Shown here: positions 18,830 to 29,800 of the stretch, one piece after another | Numbering within the stretch: the stretch's first letter is position 1 | How the letters are laid out: the number at the start of each line of letters is the position of its first letter | Assembly: GCA_949287245.1 (NCBI GenBank) | Contig: CASEFL010000003.1 | Coordinates: 67,404-131,403, forward strand | Direction: 5' to 3' | Length of the DNA: 64,000 nt | Source: an uncultured Bacillota bacterium | GTDB taxonomy: Bacteria > Bacillota_I > Bacilli_A > RFN20 > CAG-826 | Notes under the pieces: model-generated | The model's database searches: none | What the model was told of the DNA's origin: nothing | Seen by the model: the letters and a program-made list of their open reading frames with translations, nothing else | Made by a program: the position numbers and the translations under genes

Positions 18830-19670
18830 AAAGATACACCAATAAAAAACGCGTAAATCCATTCATATCTTCATAAAATGAATATTCATAACGAGATAAA
18901 TGTTTCTTCATTAACGAAACAAGATAATCTTTTAGTTTCGGATCGATTTCAAAGGCCATAAACATTGAGCCTTTTTTTACTTTATTAACATTCCGAAACA
19001 CTTTCTCGTACACATTATCATTAATATCAAAATACAAAGCTTTTGCTGGTTCATAAAGATTAACGCTTTCTTGCGCTTCCTCTTTGCTCATCACATAAGG
19101 CGGATTGGATACTAAAATATCAACGGCCATATTACTTTGGATAATCGGTTCTAATGCATCCCCTTCTTTTGTTTGAATGGATAAATGTTCACGCGCAATA
19201 TTTCGTTTTGCCACTTCCAATGCCGGTTTACTAATATCGGTAGCGGTCATTAACCAATTAGGGAAAAGAGTTTTTAATGCTATCGCAATCGCCCCTGAAC
19301 CCGTTCCGATATCGACACAAACAAGATAATTTCTTGGATCAAAATATTTGGATACATGCTCAGAAATTAAGGCAACAAGTTCTTCTGTTTCACTACGAGG
19401 GATTAAAACATCTTGCGTAATTTCTAATCGATGATTTAAAAACTCGCACTCCCCTAAAATTTGTTCAACAGGCTCTCCTTTTATGAGTCGCTCAACTTGT
19501 AAATGAAACAAATCTACATGTTTCATTTCTTCATTTTTGCGAAGAAAAACATCCATTTGACTGGGTAAATTTTCATTTTTGCGAATCAATAAACGCAAGT
19601 CTACAGACAATATTCCTGCATCTTTGCCTTTATCTAACGCCCATTTTATTTCTTCACCGATGGTCGCCAT
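18822..19670 (-). CDS. prmC: release factor glutamine N5-methyltransferase PrmC (HemK)
   Basis: SAM-binding DIGTGSG and the NPPY motif (ILVSNPPYV); located downstream of prfA. Confidence 0.85.
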   Translation of the reverse strand: MATIGEEIKWALDKGKDAGILSVDLRLLIRKNENLPSQMDVFLRKNEEMKHVDLFHLQVERLIKGEPVEQILGECEFLNHRLEITQDVLIPRSETEELVALISEHVSKYFDPRNYLVCVDIGTGSGAIAIALKTLFPNWLMTATDISKPALEVAKRNIAREHLSIQTKEGDALEPIIQSNMAVDILVSNPPYVMSKEEAQESVNLYEPAKALYFDINDNVYEKVFRNVNKVKKGSMFMAFEIDPKLKDYLVSLMKKHLSRYEYSFYEDMNGFTRFLLVYLYE

Positions 19671-20751
19671 CTTTTGCTTCTGCTTCCAAAATCTTTTGTT
19701 CTTGATCGTAGTGAATTAATGCTTCGATTACTGGCTCAAGTTCACCTTCCATAACGCGATCTAATTGGTTAATTGTAAAACCAATACGGTGATCGGTTAC
19801 GCGGTTTTGTGGATAGTTATAAGTACGTATTTTTTCCGAGCGTTCGCCTGTTCCAACTTTTAGTTTTCTTTCCGTGGCACGCGCATCATCCATCTGAGAT
19901 TGATAATAATCGTGTACTTTCGCGCGGATCATTCTCATACAAATTTCTTTATTTTGTAATTGGGCCTTTTCCGTTTGGCAAGAAACCACTAAGCCCGTAG
20001 GAATATGGGTAATACGGACAGCGGACTCTGTTTTATTAACATTTTGCCCTCCAGCACCTTGCGAGCGATAAGTATCAATTTTTAAATCAGCAGGATTAAT
20101 CTTAACATCCACTTCTTCTGCTTCCGGCATAACTAGAACAGTTGCCGTAGAAGTATGAATTCTGCCTGACGCTTCCGTTTTCGGCACACGTTGAACACGG
20201 TGCGCACCCGATTCAAACTTTAACTTTGAGTAAACATTTTCTCCTTTAACCATAAAAGAGACATAAGAGTATCCACCAGCGGTACCTTCTTCCCCGTCTA
20301 AATATTGAAGTTTCCACCCTTGTTTTTCACAATAATGTTGATACATTCTCATCAAATCACCCGCAAAAATATTGGCTTCATCTCCACCAACAGCACCGCG
20401 AATTTCAACAATAATATTTTTAGAATCGTTTGGATCAACGGGTAATAAGTCCGTTCGAAGTTCGCTTTCTAAACGAGTCATTTCTTCTTCTAGTCGTTTT
20501 CTTTCTTCCTTCATTAAAGGGGCTAACTCATCATCCCCAGAAAGAATAATTTCTTCCGCTTCATGAAGATCATTTTCCATTTGCAAATAATGAGAAAATT
20601 TCTCATAGGCATTTCGCAAAGAAGCCTGTTCTTTAGAAAGCGAAGTAAGTTTTGCTACATCGCTTGCGATTAAAGGATCCTCAAGTTCGCAATCAATTTC
20701 TTCGTATCGTTTTTTTACGGCTTCAAGCCGTTTTCTCATACTTTCTTCCAT
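19654..20751 (-). CDS. prfA: peptide chain release factor 1
   Basis: RF1-specific PxT motif (PKT) and GGQ motif; 365 aa. Confidence 0.9.
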   Translation of the reverse strand: MEESMRKRLEAVKKRYEEIDCELEDPLIASDVAKLTSLSKEQASLRNAYEKFSHYLQMENDLHEAEEIILSGDDELAPLMKEERKRLEEEMTRLESELRTDLLPVDPNDSKNIIVEIRGAVGGDEANIFAGDLMRMYQHYCEKQGWKLQYLDGEEGTAGGYSYVSFMVKGENVYSKLKFESGAHRVQRVPKTEASGRIHTSTATVLVMPEAEEVDVKINPADLKIDTYRSQGAGGQNVNKTESAVRITHIPTGLVVSCQTEKAQLQNKEICMRMIRAKVHDYYQSQMDDARATERKLKVGTGERSEKIRTYNYPQNRVTDHRIGFTINQLDRVMEGELEPVIEALIHYDQEQKILEAEAKDGDHR

Positions 20752-20825
20752 ACACGCTTATTATAGCATTTTGAAACTATTATCCTCACTAGAGGGAAAC
20801 GCATGAGAGTTTTATAATAGAAGAG

Positions 20826-22496
20826 ATGTCATATAAAGCTCTTTATTTAAAATACCGTCCTCAAACTTTTGCGGAAGTAGCAGGGCAAACGCCTATTGTA
20901 AAAACTCTGCAAAAATCCATTGAACTTGGAAAAATTGCCCATGCTTATCTTTTTTCTGGCCCTCGTGGAACAGGAAAAACAACCATGGCACGTTTGTTTG
21001 CAAAAGCTTTGAACTGCCAACAAGGAATAGGAAAGCAATGTGGCGAATGTGAGGATTGTCGATTAATTGCTGAAGGCACTCATCCTGACGTGTTAGAAAT
21101 TGATGCTGCTTCCAATAATGGTGTTGATCAAGTAAGAGACCTCATTGAACAAGTCAACTATTCTCCTATTAAGGGCCGCTATAAGGTATATATCATTGAT
21201 GAAGTGCATATGATGACGGATAGTGCATTTAATGCACTTTTAAAGACGCTTGAAGAACCGCCTGAAAATGTTGTTTTCATTTTATGCACAACAGAACCTC
21301 ATCAAGTTCTACCTACCATCTTATCCCGCTGTCAACGCTATGACTTTCACCCATTAAGCGAAGAGGAAATGAAAGAAAAGTTAACGGAAATTCTTCAACA
21401 TGAAGGAGCAGCTTTTGAATTCGATGCTTTATCCACGATTTGTGAATTAGCTGATGGCGGAATGAGAGATGCTCTTTCTATTACTGACCAACTATTAGCG
21501 TATTCAAACAATACCTTACGCTTATCGGATCTTTTAGATGTATATGGTTTAGCAAGCAAGGAGGAAAAACTTTCCTTGCTTCACGCAATGTTTGAAGGAA
21601 ATGCAACAATGGTCGTTGGAAAAACAGAACTTTATCGAAATTCTGGCATCGACTTACAACGGCTTACAAAAGAACTGATTGCCTACTTAAAAGACACTTA
21701 CGTTTATAGCAAAACTCAGAAAAAAGAACTTCTTGTTTACTTAAATGAGAAAGAGGCAAATAGTTTACTTTCCTTAGTAAATGAAGAAACCCTAATAGCT
21801 TCATTAAACATTCTTTTTGATGTGGAATCTCAATATCGTTTTGTAGATGATGCCCGCAGTTTATTTGAACTTTGTTTACTTCGTTTAACAAGCACTAAGA
21901 AGAAAGAAGAACGAAAAGAGACCGAAAACGTTACCAAAAAAGATTCATTGTCTTTTGAAGAAAAGCCTTCCTTTGAAATTTCGAACGAAGAACCTTCATT
22001 TGTTCAAGTAATTTCTAAACCAGTGGAAGAAAAGAAAAAGTCGTCTTTTGATTTATCCTCTTTTCACTTCCCTTTGCTTTCTGTAGAAGGGGAGGAATAT
22101 ACCTTACCAAAAGAAACATTAATTCAATTAGCAACAAGGGGGAATAAAGAAGAAAAAAATCGTCTTTATTCCATGTGGTCATTACTAGAAGAGATTGTAA
22201 ACGAAGAAAAAGCAGGCCCTTATGCCTCTTTGCTTTTACAAGGAAAGCCATATTTGCTTTGCGATGAATGTCTTGTTGTTCAATATGACTATATGAATCA
22301 AAAGAAGAAGGCAAATATTATAGAAAATCAAAAACCCCTTGCTTATCTTGTAGAATGTCTATTAGGTAGAAAAGTATTCTTATACGGAATTGAGCCAAGC
22401 GAACGTGCGGATATAAATTACACCTTCCGACAACTACAAAGAGATAATGCGTTGCCAAAAAAAGAGGACCCACTAGAAATTCCAAAAATTGACTAA
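20826..22496 (+). CDS. dnaX: DNA polymerase III subunit tau/gamma
   Basis: AAA+ Walker A GPRGTGKTT, zinc module CQQGIGKQCGECEDC, box VII SRCQ. Confidence 0.9.
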   Translation: MSYKALYLKYRPQTFAEVAGQTPIVKTLQKSIELGKIAHAYLFSGPRGTGKTTMARLFAKALNCQQGIGKQCGECEDCRLIAEGTHPDVLEIDAASNNGVDQVRDLIEQVNYSPIKGRYKVYIIDEVHMMTDSAFNALLKTLEEPPENVVFILCTTEPHQVLPTILSRCQRYDFHPLSEEEMKEKLTEILQHEGAAFEFDALSTICELADGGMRDALSITDQLLAYSNNTLRLSDLLDVYGLASKEEKLSLLHAMFEGNATMVVGKTELYRNSGIDLQRLTKELIAYLKDTYVYSKTQKKELLVYLNEKEANSLLSLVNEETLIASLNILFDVESQYRFVDDARSLFELCLLRLTSTKKKEERKETENVTKKDSLSFEEKPSFEISNEEPSFVQVISKPVEEKKKSSFDLSSFHFPLLSVEGEEYTLPKETLIQLATRGNKEEKNRLYSMWSLLEEIVNEEKAGPYASLLLQGKPYLLCDECLVVQYDYMNQKKKANIIENQKPLAYLVECLLGRKVFLYGIEPSERADINYTFRQLQRDNALPKKEDPLEIPKID

Positions 22497-22525
22497 GATT
22501 TGCAAAGATAATGGAGGAATTATTT

Positions 22526-22825
22526 ATGAACCAAATGCAAAGAATGATCCAAGAAGCTCAACGGATGCAAAATCGAATGAACAAACTGCACGCAGAATTA
22601 GAGGCAAAGGAATTTAGTGTTGAGAAAAATGGTTTAGTAAAAATTACTATGCTTGGAAAAAGAGAATTAACTTATATTCAAATCAACTCTGATAGTTTAC
22701 AAGAAGATAAAGAAGTCATTGAAGATACTTTACGTCTTGCGATTAATGAAGCCCTTTTGCAAATTCAAAAAGAAGAAGATGCCATTAATGAACAAGTAAC
22801 ATCAAAAGCAGGATTCCCGTTCTAA
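22526..22825 (+). CDS. ybaB: nucleoid-associated protein YbaB/EbfC
   Basis: About 100 aa with the family's MQxxxQxAQxMQ start. Start trimmed to the ATG with GGAGG 8 nt upstream. Confidence 0.8.
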   Translation: MNQMQRMIQEAQRMQNRMNKLHAELEAKEFSVEKNGLVKITMLGKRELTYIQINSDSLQEDKEVIEDTLRLAINEALLQIQKEEDAINEQVTSKAGFPF

Positions 22826-23427
22826 TGAAAAACGAATATCTTCCCACCTTAGAATCTTTAGTTTCAGCACTCAGTAAATTACCCGGAGTTGGAACAAAAA
22901 CTGCTGAACGTTATGCCTTCTCCATTTTAGATATGGATGCAAAGGAAATAGAAGAATTGGCGAGCAGTATTCAAAAAGCAAAAAGCAACATTCACCCGTG
23001 CCCAAACTGTGGTCTTTTAACAGAGGACGACGAATGTTCTATTTGTAAAGATGAAAATCGTGATCATTCTCTTCTTTGTGTAATTACAAGTCCAAAAGAT
23101 TTTTTCCCTATAGAAAAAAGCAGAAGCTTCCATGGTGTATATCACGTTTTAAAAGGAACCATTGCCATTTCTAAGGGTATGGATGCGGAAGATATTGGTA
23201 TAAATCAATTATTAAAGCGAATTGAGGAAGAAAAATTTAAAGAAATTATCTTAGCGACTGAACCAACATTAGATGGCGAAACTACTGCTTTATATATTGC
23301 CAATTGTCTTAAAAATACCCCAATCCAACTAAGTCGACTTGCCTACGGATTGTCTTTAGGAAGTCGCTTAGAGTATGTGGATACCTTGACGATGGAAAGG
23401 GCTTTTGAAGGAAGGAGAAAACTTTAA
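22825..23427 (+). CDS. recR: recombination protein RecR
   Basis: HhH N-terminus, C4 zinc finger CPNCGLLTEDDECSIC and Toprim domain; TAATG overlap with ybaB. Confidence 0.9.
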   Translation: MKNEYLPTLESLVSALSKLPGVGTKTAERYAFSILDMDAKEIEELASSIQKAKSNIHPCPNCGLLTEDDECSICKDENRDHSLLCVITSPKDFFPIEKSRSFHGVYHVLKGTIAISKGMDAEDIGINQLLKRIEEEKFKEIILATEPTLDGETTALYIANCLKNTPIQLSRLAYGLSLGSRLEYVDTLTMERAFEGRRKL

Positions 23428-23428
23428 G

Positions 23429-24049
23429 ATGTTTATCACTTTTGAAGGCGGAGAAGGTTCTGGTAAAAGCACTGCTATAAAAAAATTAGAACAAGCTTTA
23501 ATAAATGCAGGAAAGAAAGTTTTAATTACCCGTGAGCCTGGTGGAACTCCTATTAGTGAACAAATTCGCGAAGTAATTTTGCGAAAAGAAAACACTTCAA
23601 TGGATCCATGGACGGAAGCATATTTGTACGCCGCATCAAGACGCCAACATGTAATTGAAAAAATTAAACCTGCTCTTGAGAAAGGAATTATTGTTATTTC
23701 CGATCGTTATTTAGATAGTTCTCTTGCTTATCAAGGAGGAGCAAGGGGTTTAGGGATAAAAGAAGTGCTCACTCTTAATCATTTTGCAATTGATGGGCTT
23801 TTCCCTGATTTAACAATTTTCTTTGATTTACCACCAGAAGAAGGTCTTTCACGAATTTCTCATAATTCTAATCGTGAAGTTAACCGTTTGGATGTAGAAA
23901 GAATGGCTTTTCATGAAAAGGTTCGCGCGGCCTTTTATGAATTAAAAACACTTTATCCAGAACGAATTCACATGATTGATGCAAGTTTAACCCCAGACGA
24001 AGTATTTGCAGAAATCGAAAAATTAATACCGGATTTGCTTAGAAAATGA
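23429..24049 (+). CDS. tmk: thymidylate kinase
   Basis: MFITFEGGEGSGKST P-loop and DRY motif (SDRYLDSS). The first ATG lies 1 nt after the recR stop. Confidence 0.85.
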   Translation: MFITFEGGEGSGKSTAIKKLEQALINAGKKVLITREPGGTPISEQIREVILRKENTSMDPWTEAYLYAASRRQHVIEKIKPALEKGIIVISDRYLDSSLAYQGGARGLGIKEVLTLNHFAIDGLFPDLTIFFDLPPEEGLSRISHNSNREVNRLDVERMAFHEKVRAAFYELKTLYPERIHMIDASLTPDEVFAEIEKLIPDLLRK

Positions 24050-25017
24050 AAGTTTTTGAATATTTAAATCATCGCCAAAAACAAGTATTACATATTTTTG
24101 AAGCTACTTTTGAACGACAACGAGTTCCTCATGCTTTTTTGCTTTCAGGAGAAAAAGGAATTCCTTTAAAAGAAGTGGCTATCTTTCTTGCAAAATCTTT
24201 CGTATGCGACTCCCCATCCCCTTTAGCCTGTGAATCCTGCTTGTCCTGCCAAAGAATCGAAAATTTTACAAACCAAGATTTTATTTTTATTGATGGGGAA
24301 GAAAACACGATTAAAAAAGAACAAATTCAGATGATTACCTCATCCTTTAATCGAACTCCTTTAGAAGAAAAAGGAATCATGATTTATGTTATTCATCTTG
24401 TTGAAAACATGAATGAATATTCTACAAACGCTTTATTAAAATTTTTAGAAGAACCAAAACCAAACACATATGCCATCTTAACAACGGAAAATGTCGCTCG
24501 ACTACTCCCTACGATTCGCTCGCGATGCGAGGAAGTACGTTTTCGTTTAGCGCCCAGAAAGGAAATTGTTCAAGAAACGATAAAACTGGGTGCAAAAATA
24601 GATGATGCTGAACTTCTTTCTTCCATTGCGAATTCTGGCGAATTAATTGTTGAACTGTCAAAAGAAGAGACAGTTAAAAAAGCAAAAGATTGTTTTTTGC
24701 TCACTTTAAAGGCATTTCATGAAAGAAAAGAGGATATTGTTTATAATCTAGAAAGAGAAGTTATCTCTCCTTTAAAAGGAAAGGAGGAAGCACGATACTT
24801 CTTACAATTTCTAGCTACTTTTTTCAAAGATACTTTATCGAAAAAAGGAGACTTACAAAGTTATATCGATGAGGAACAGTTTTTCTTTCAAAAGTTTTCT
24901 CATTTGGCGAAAAATCTTGAGCTTATTCTGCAAGCACAAGGGGATTTAAAAAGAAAAATACAGCCCTCTTTGGTGCTCGAACACACTTTACGCTCTTTAG
25001 TGGAGGATATGGCATGA
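24046..25017 (+). CDS. holB: DNA polymerase III delta' subunit
   Basis: Degenerate AAA+ fold with SRC box (IRSRCEEV); ATGA overlap with tmk; conserved position after tmk. Confidence 0.75.
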   Translation: MKVFEYLNHRQKQVLHIFEATFERQRVPHAFLLSGEKGIPLKEVAIFLAKSFVCDSPSPLACESCLSCQRIENFTNQDFIFIDGEENTIKKEQIQMITSSFNRTPLEEKGIMIYVIHLVENMNEYSTNALLKFLEEPKPNTYAILTTENVARLLPTIRSRCEEVRFRLAPRKEIVQETIKLGAKIDDAELLSSIANSGELIVELSKEETVKKAKDCFLLTLKAFHERKEDIVYNLEREVISPLKGKEEARYFLQFLATFFKDTLSKKGDLQSYIDEEQFFFQKFSHLAKNLELILQAQGDLKRKIQPSLVLEHTLRSLVEDMA

Positions 25018-25949
25018 ACGAAGAAAATGTTGATATCGCGGATACAATACAATATATCGGAGTAAAGGCTCCACACACAGAAAAAGCAAGATATTTTGCT
25101 ACTTTTCTTGAAGATCTCAAGATTGGTGAGAAAGTGGTTATTGATACTGAATATGGTAAAACCATTGGGATAACTACAACCCTCCCCTTCCCTAGAAAAA
25201 AATACAAAGGCGAAGAAGTAGATAAAATTCGTGCCGTCGTTCGTAAAGCGGATGAAGACGATCTGAAAAACTTTGCTTTAGGGGTAAAAGAGGCAAAATT
25301 CGCCTTAGACATCGCAAAGGAAGAAGCTAACCGCTTAGATCTTGGAATGCGTTTTGTTTCCTCTGCATATGATTTAGATGGGAACAGCCTAATTCTTTAC
25401 TATACAAGCGATGGGCGGGTTGATTTCCGTGACTTATTAATTGTTTTAAAAGAACGTTTAGAATGCACAAAATTAACTTTGCTAGCCATCCCACCCCGCG
25501 ATAAAGCACAAATGGTTGGGGGAATTGGAATCTGCGGCCTTCCTTTATGCTGTACAAAATTTTTAAGAAAATTTGAGGGAATTCAAATTACAAGAGCAAA
25601 AAATCAAGGATTAACTCTTAATACTTCAAAAATATCTGGTCAATGTGGAAAACTCATGTGTTGTCTTTTATACGAAGATGATTATTACACAGAGGCACGA
25701 AAAGAGTTTCCCCCTATAGGATTTACCTACACCATTAAAGGAATAGATTGGACGATTGATTCTTATAATCTTATTGCGCGAACGATAAAGATGGTTTCTA
25801 GTGAAGAAACGATTGTTGTTTCATTAGAAGAATTTCAATCCATGGTCGCTAGAAAAGGAAGTCGTCCCTATCATCCAAAAAGAGAATTTTCCGCATCTCA
25901 TCTAAATGAAACTAATGAGGATATAGACAATGGCTCTAACAAGAGATAA
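25014..25949 (+). CDS. ricT: PSP1-domain protein (YaaT/RicT homologue)
   Basis: Cysteine-rich PSP1 C-terminal domain (GICGLPLCCTKF...GQCGKLMCCLLYE). Conserved position between holB and rsmI as in Bacillus; ATGA overlap with holB. Confidence 0.7.
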   Translation: MNEENVDIADTIQYIGVKAPHTEKARYFATFLEDLKIGEKVVIDTEYGKTIGITTTLPFPRKKYKGEEVDKIRAVVRKADEDDLKNFALGVKEAKFALDIAKEEANRLDLGMRFVSSAYDLDGNSLILYYTSDGRVDFRDLLIVLKERLECTKLTLLAIPPRDKAQMVGGIGICGLPLCCTKFLRKFEGIQITRAKNQGLTLNTSKISGQCGKLMCCLLYEDDYYTEARKEFPPIGFTYTIKGIDWTIDSYNLIARTIKMVSSEETIVVSLEEFQSMVARKGSRPYHPKREFSASHLNETNEDIDNGSNKR

Positions 25950-26802
25950 AAGTTTTCTTGGTGATGAGCCCATTTTATACATAGTAGCTACACCAATTGG
26001 GAATCGCGAAGAAGTTAGTCAAAGGTTCCTTAATCTTTTAAAAGAAATGGATTTCATTGCGGCAGAAGACACAAGAAACTCTTCGACACTTCTACAAAGT
26101 TTTGGGATTAAAAAACCCTTTATTGCCTGCCACGAACATAACGAAGAAGAGGCCTCAGATAAAATCATTGCCTTGCTTCTAGAAGGCAAAAAGTTAGCCT
26201 ATATGTCGGATGCTGGATATCCCTTAGTTTCTGATCCAGGTAGTCGACTTGTAAAACGTGTTATAAACGCAGGAATTAAAGTAAGCGTTATTAATGGTCC
26301 TAGTGCCTTTTTACCTGCCTTGGTAGGGTCTAATTTACCTACGGATCATTTTTATTTTTATGGATTTTTACCTCCTAAAGAAAAAGAAAGAGAGAAGGAA
26401 TTACGCTTTTTAAAACCGATTCGCGCTACTTTAATTTTTTATGAAGCACCACACCGCATAAAAGATATGCTCATAAGTTGTCTTCATATCCTAGGAGATA
26501 GAAAAGTTTGTTTAGCGCGCGAATTAAGCAAACTTCACGAAGAATACATTCGGGGTTCTTTAGAAGAACTTGTAAATTTATGTAGCGAAGAAAAACTAAA
26601 AGGCGAGATCGTTTTAATTGTTGAAGGATGTAAAGATAAAGAACAAATTGCTTTAGATGAATCGGATATTTTATCTATTCTTTATGAAGAGTTAAAAGTA
26701 CAGGCTCCAGGCCCTGCTGCTAAAACAGTTGCCGATAAATTGGGGTTACGAAAAGCGGAAGTGTATGACTTATACTTACGTCACAAAAACGAACGAGCAT
26801 AA
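25930..26802 (+). CDS. rsmI: 16S rRNA (cytidine1402-2'-O)-methyltransferase RsmI
   Basis: Tetrapyrrole-methylase fold with LYIVATPIGN start and GYPLVSDPG motif. Confidence 0.85.
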   Translation: MALTRDKSFLGDEPILYIVATPIGNREEVSQRFLNLLKEMDFIAAEDTRNSSTLLQSFGIKKPFIACHEHNEEEASDKIIALLLEGKKLAYMSDAGYPLVSDPGSRLVKRVINAGIKVSVINGPSAFLPALVGSNLPTDHFYFYGFLPPKEKEREKELRFLKPIRATLIFYEAPHRIKDMLISCLHILGDRKVCLARELSKLHEEYIRGSLEELVNLCSEEKLKGEIVLIVEGCKDKEQIALDESDILSILYEELKVQAPGPAAKTVADKLGLRKAEVYDLYLRHKNERA

Positions 26803-26811
26803 TTTAAAAAT

Positions 26812-29800
26812 TTAATTTTCTCTTTGGGATTTGCAGGGATTTTTTAAATCTTCTTCCAAAACCTCTTTTTTACTAACCTTATATTGATAAAGGAAAGCAC
26901 CCAATTGATACAAACCTAAAGAAGCAATGCCAACCATCCCTAAAGCTACACTCACATTCAGTGTCGGCGTGCGATAATTTAAATTCCAATGCCAGTCGCC
27001 GGAAGGCAATACAAAACCTACTAAACCACCATTGATGCAATATATTTTTGGTTGATAAATTTCTCCCTCTTTTTCTCCTTGAATTGACCAACCAGCATCA
27101 TATCCTAAAGTTGTTACTACCAATTCGGGGCGGTCATAGGATGTATCAAAATCAAAGTGGTCTGTATGGAATTTCACATTTTGAAGGGCATTTTCTCCTC
27201 TTACTGAATCAATGTTTTGCTCAAAAGAGGATCGTTCTTGCATATAAATTGTTGGTGTTTGGAAGGTCATGGTACCCGTTCCCTTGTAGCAAAAAACAAT
27301 ATAGCGGCAGCGTCCAGGAACATAAAAGCCGAAAATGTCTCCGCCGCTTCTAACAGAGTGATAAGACCAGTTTTCTAACATCTTATAGTCATAACAAAGC
27401 ACTTGGTTGTGTTCTTCTTCATCAATAATGCCGTTTTCATTTCCATCAAAATCACCAATAAAATACACTCTTGGAGCAACAGAATTTTGCGGGAGTTGCA
27501 TATCTAAAACAAAATAAGCTCCCTCTTCATCTTCATTAAAATAGCCAGATGAGTTTTTAGGTGCGGCAACAGCCTTTCCAAAATCCGATACAAGAATACT
27601 ACTAGAAAGAAATGTCTTGTCCGAAACTACTGGATTAAGAGAATCAGGAGAGGAAGCCTCATTGTTTTCTAAATAAGTTAAAAAATATCCAGGATCCCAA
27701 TTGATGCCTAAGTCCTCATTCACAGCAAAATATCCATACTCAATTTGTTTATCATGTCGAGTTTCAATGTTTCTCCAAGTAATGTTATTCGCTAATGAAG
27801 TTAAATACGCACTGCTATAACTAGCAATAGGGGCTTCACTTAATGTGCGATTATCCCCCTCTTGTTGAAGAAGAGATAATACTTCTTCTACTTCATCGTC
27901 TTTAACAATTGCCCCATCAAGATAAACTTGTTCGTTTCTTAAAACCTCAGAAGCAATACGACTAGACGCAGTATTGGTAAAGAAATTAGAGTAATTTCTT
28001 GTACCTTCTTGTAAACCTTCCTCGTAAATGTACTCTACTTTATGTCCTAAAGAAGATTCTAGAGCATAAGGACTCTCATATAACCGGAACGTTTCATTTT
28101 CACCAATCAGTTTGGAACCAAAAGGCACGTTCGGGGCAAAATCATCATACCCATAGGTATACCCTTCGTTTTGAATTAAGTAATAGCGTGTCCCTACCGC
28201 TAAATCAAAACCAATCCGTTTATTTGCATAATAAGCGGACCAAGACTTTGTAATAATGTCTTGCCCAAAGGCTTCATGCCCACCTTCATTATTCGTAATA
28301 TAACTATAACGAGCAAAAGAAGCGACGTCGTAATTAAACAAAGAATGGAAATGACTCGTTCCATTATATCCATAAGCAAAGTTTGTGTTTCGATCTGTAT
28401 TTGCATCACTATATGCTCGATAGTAGTCTTCTTCTTTGTCCTTATAAGCCTCTTCAAATAAAGAAAGAGAATTTGTGTAATAATTTTCTCCCCCTAACCA
28501 ATTTTTCTCTGAGAGCATCGATCCATAAAAGAAAGAGCAATTCCCGGATATTGTAATTTCCACCACAACAAAACAAAGGAGGATTTTCCATAAATCTTTT
28601 CGATGGTGAAGAACAACAATTAAGGATCCCTCTATTAAGACAAGAGCGATTTGATAATAAACAATCCAACTCAGACTAACCGTATAGCCTTTTAAACTAA
28701 CAGAACCAGGAACTTCATAAATGGTTCCTGCATAGCCATCAGGTATCCATAAAGGAATTTGCCGCTCAGCTAAGACAAAGTAAACCAAAACATAAGAACA
28801 GATCGTTCCTAATAAAGTAAGTAGAGACCCCCCAATAAGAATGGACTTTCTTTCCCTTTTTAAAACATCAAGTTCCCTTGTTGCAGCAAGAATAATTAAT
28901 GGTACTAACACAATGTACCACCGCCCATAACCATCACCGGCAAAGGCATAGAAAAAATAATAAGAAAAGTTTGTTAATAAGAGAAAAACGCCACAAGAAA
29001 AAGCAGCAAAACTAGCCCATTTTCCTTCTTTCAAACGATGAAGCAAATTCATAAAAAACAAGATTGTAATTGGAGTATAACAAAATAATGAGGCTGTCCA
29101 AGAATCATAAGTATAAGCGGTTCCTAATTTTGCTACTGGAAGCCATAAATAGCCACATGTCGGATAAAAGAAACCAATTAAGCCTTGAACCGCTCGACCA
29201 GCATTTCCTCCAACGGGCATAAAAATTAAAGCCAAAAGATCCGTCGCACTTTGATTTTTAAATGCGTTAGTAATGGCCTCTAAATATGCCCCACCAATCG
29301 AATTTGTCCTTCCGGATAAAGAAGTCTCACGAATAGAAGGTAATAAAACCCAAGAACAACAACATAGACCAATAATAACGGCGAAAACTCCTGCTCCAAT
29401 GGCTGAAAATTGTTGTTTCCACGATCGAGTATTCCTTGTTTCAATAAACCGCCAAAGAGTATATAAAGCAGCAAAAATTAAAAAGACCACAAGAAAGAAA
29501 AAAGAAATCATTCCAAGCAAAGTAATCGCGAATACTAAGGTAATAATTTTTCTTTCTTTTAAGACTTTTTCAATTCCAAGAAGCATTAAAGGAAGAGTAA
29601 AGGCCATTGATAAATAGGAAGGAAAGCCAACCATAAAGTTTAAATAACCAGAAAAGGCAAAAACAACCCCTCCTAGGCGACTACTCTTATCCGAAACACC
29701 AAGATAAATTAAAAAAGCGCGCATCGCAAAAGCGCTTGCAACACCTTTTAAAAGGGCAGCAAGAACAAACATTTGTGGCATCCATTCGCGCGGAAAAATT

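Noticed and set aside
20752-20825. Looked for an SRP RNA (scr/ffs) upstream of dnaX, as in Bacillus.
   Set aside because: Only 74 bp separate prfA and dnaX, with no conserved SRP domain IV-like GGAA/AGCA motifs; there is no room for an RNA gene.
24923-25312. 129-aa antisense ORF inside the holB/yaaT junction, and many other 60-115-aa antisense ORFs in the track (e.g. 877..1065, 2324..2512, 10396..10635, 14526..14729, 28200..28461, 47398..47828, 53226..53649, 57055..57315, 60360..60650).
   Set aside because: All lie wholly inside well-supported genes on the opposite strand, lack an RBS and have skewed composition (S/L/K/F-rich or Cys/His-rich), as expected for shadow ORFs in AT-rich DNA.
26803-26811. 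Looked for a terminator between convergent rsmI and the YfhO-like gene.
   Set aside because: Only 9 bp separate the two stops and there are AT-only pseudo-palindromes nearby; no credible hairpin.
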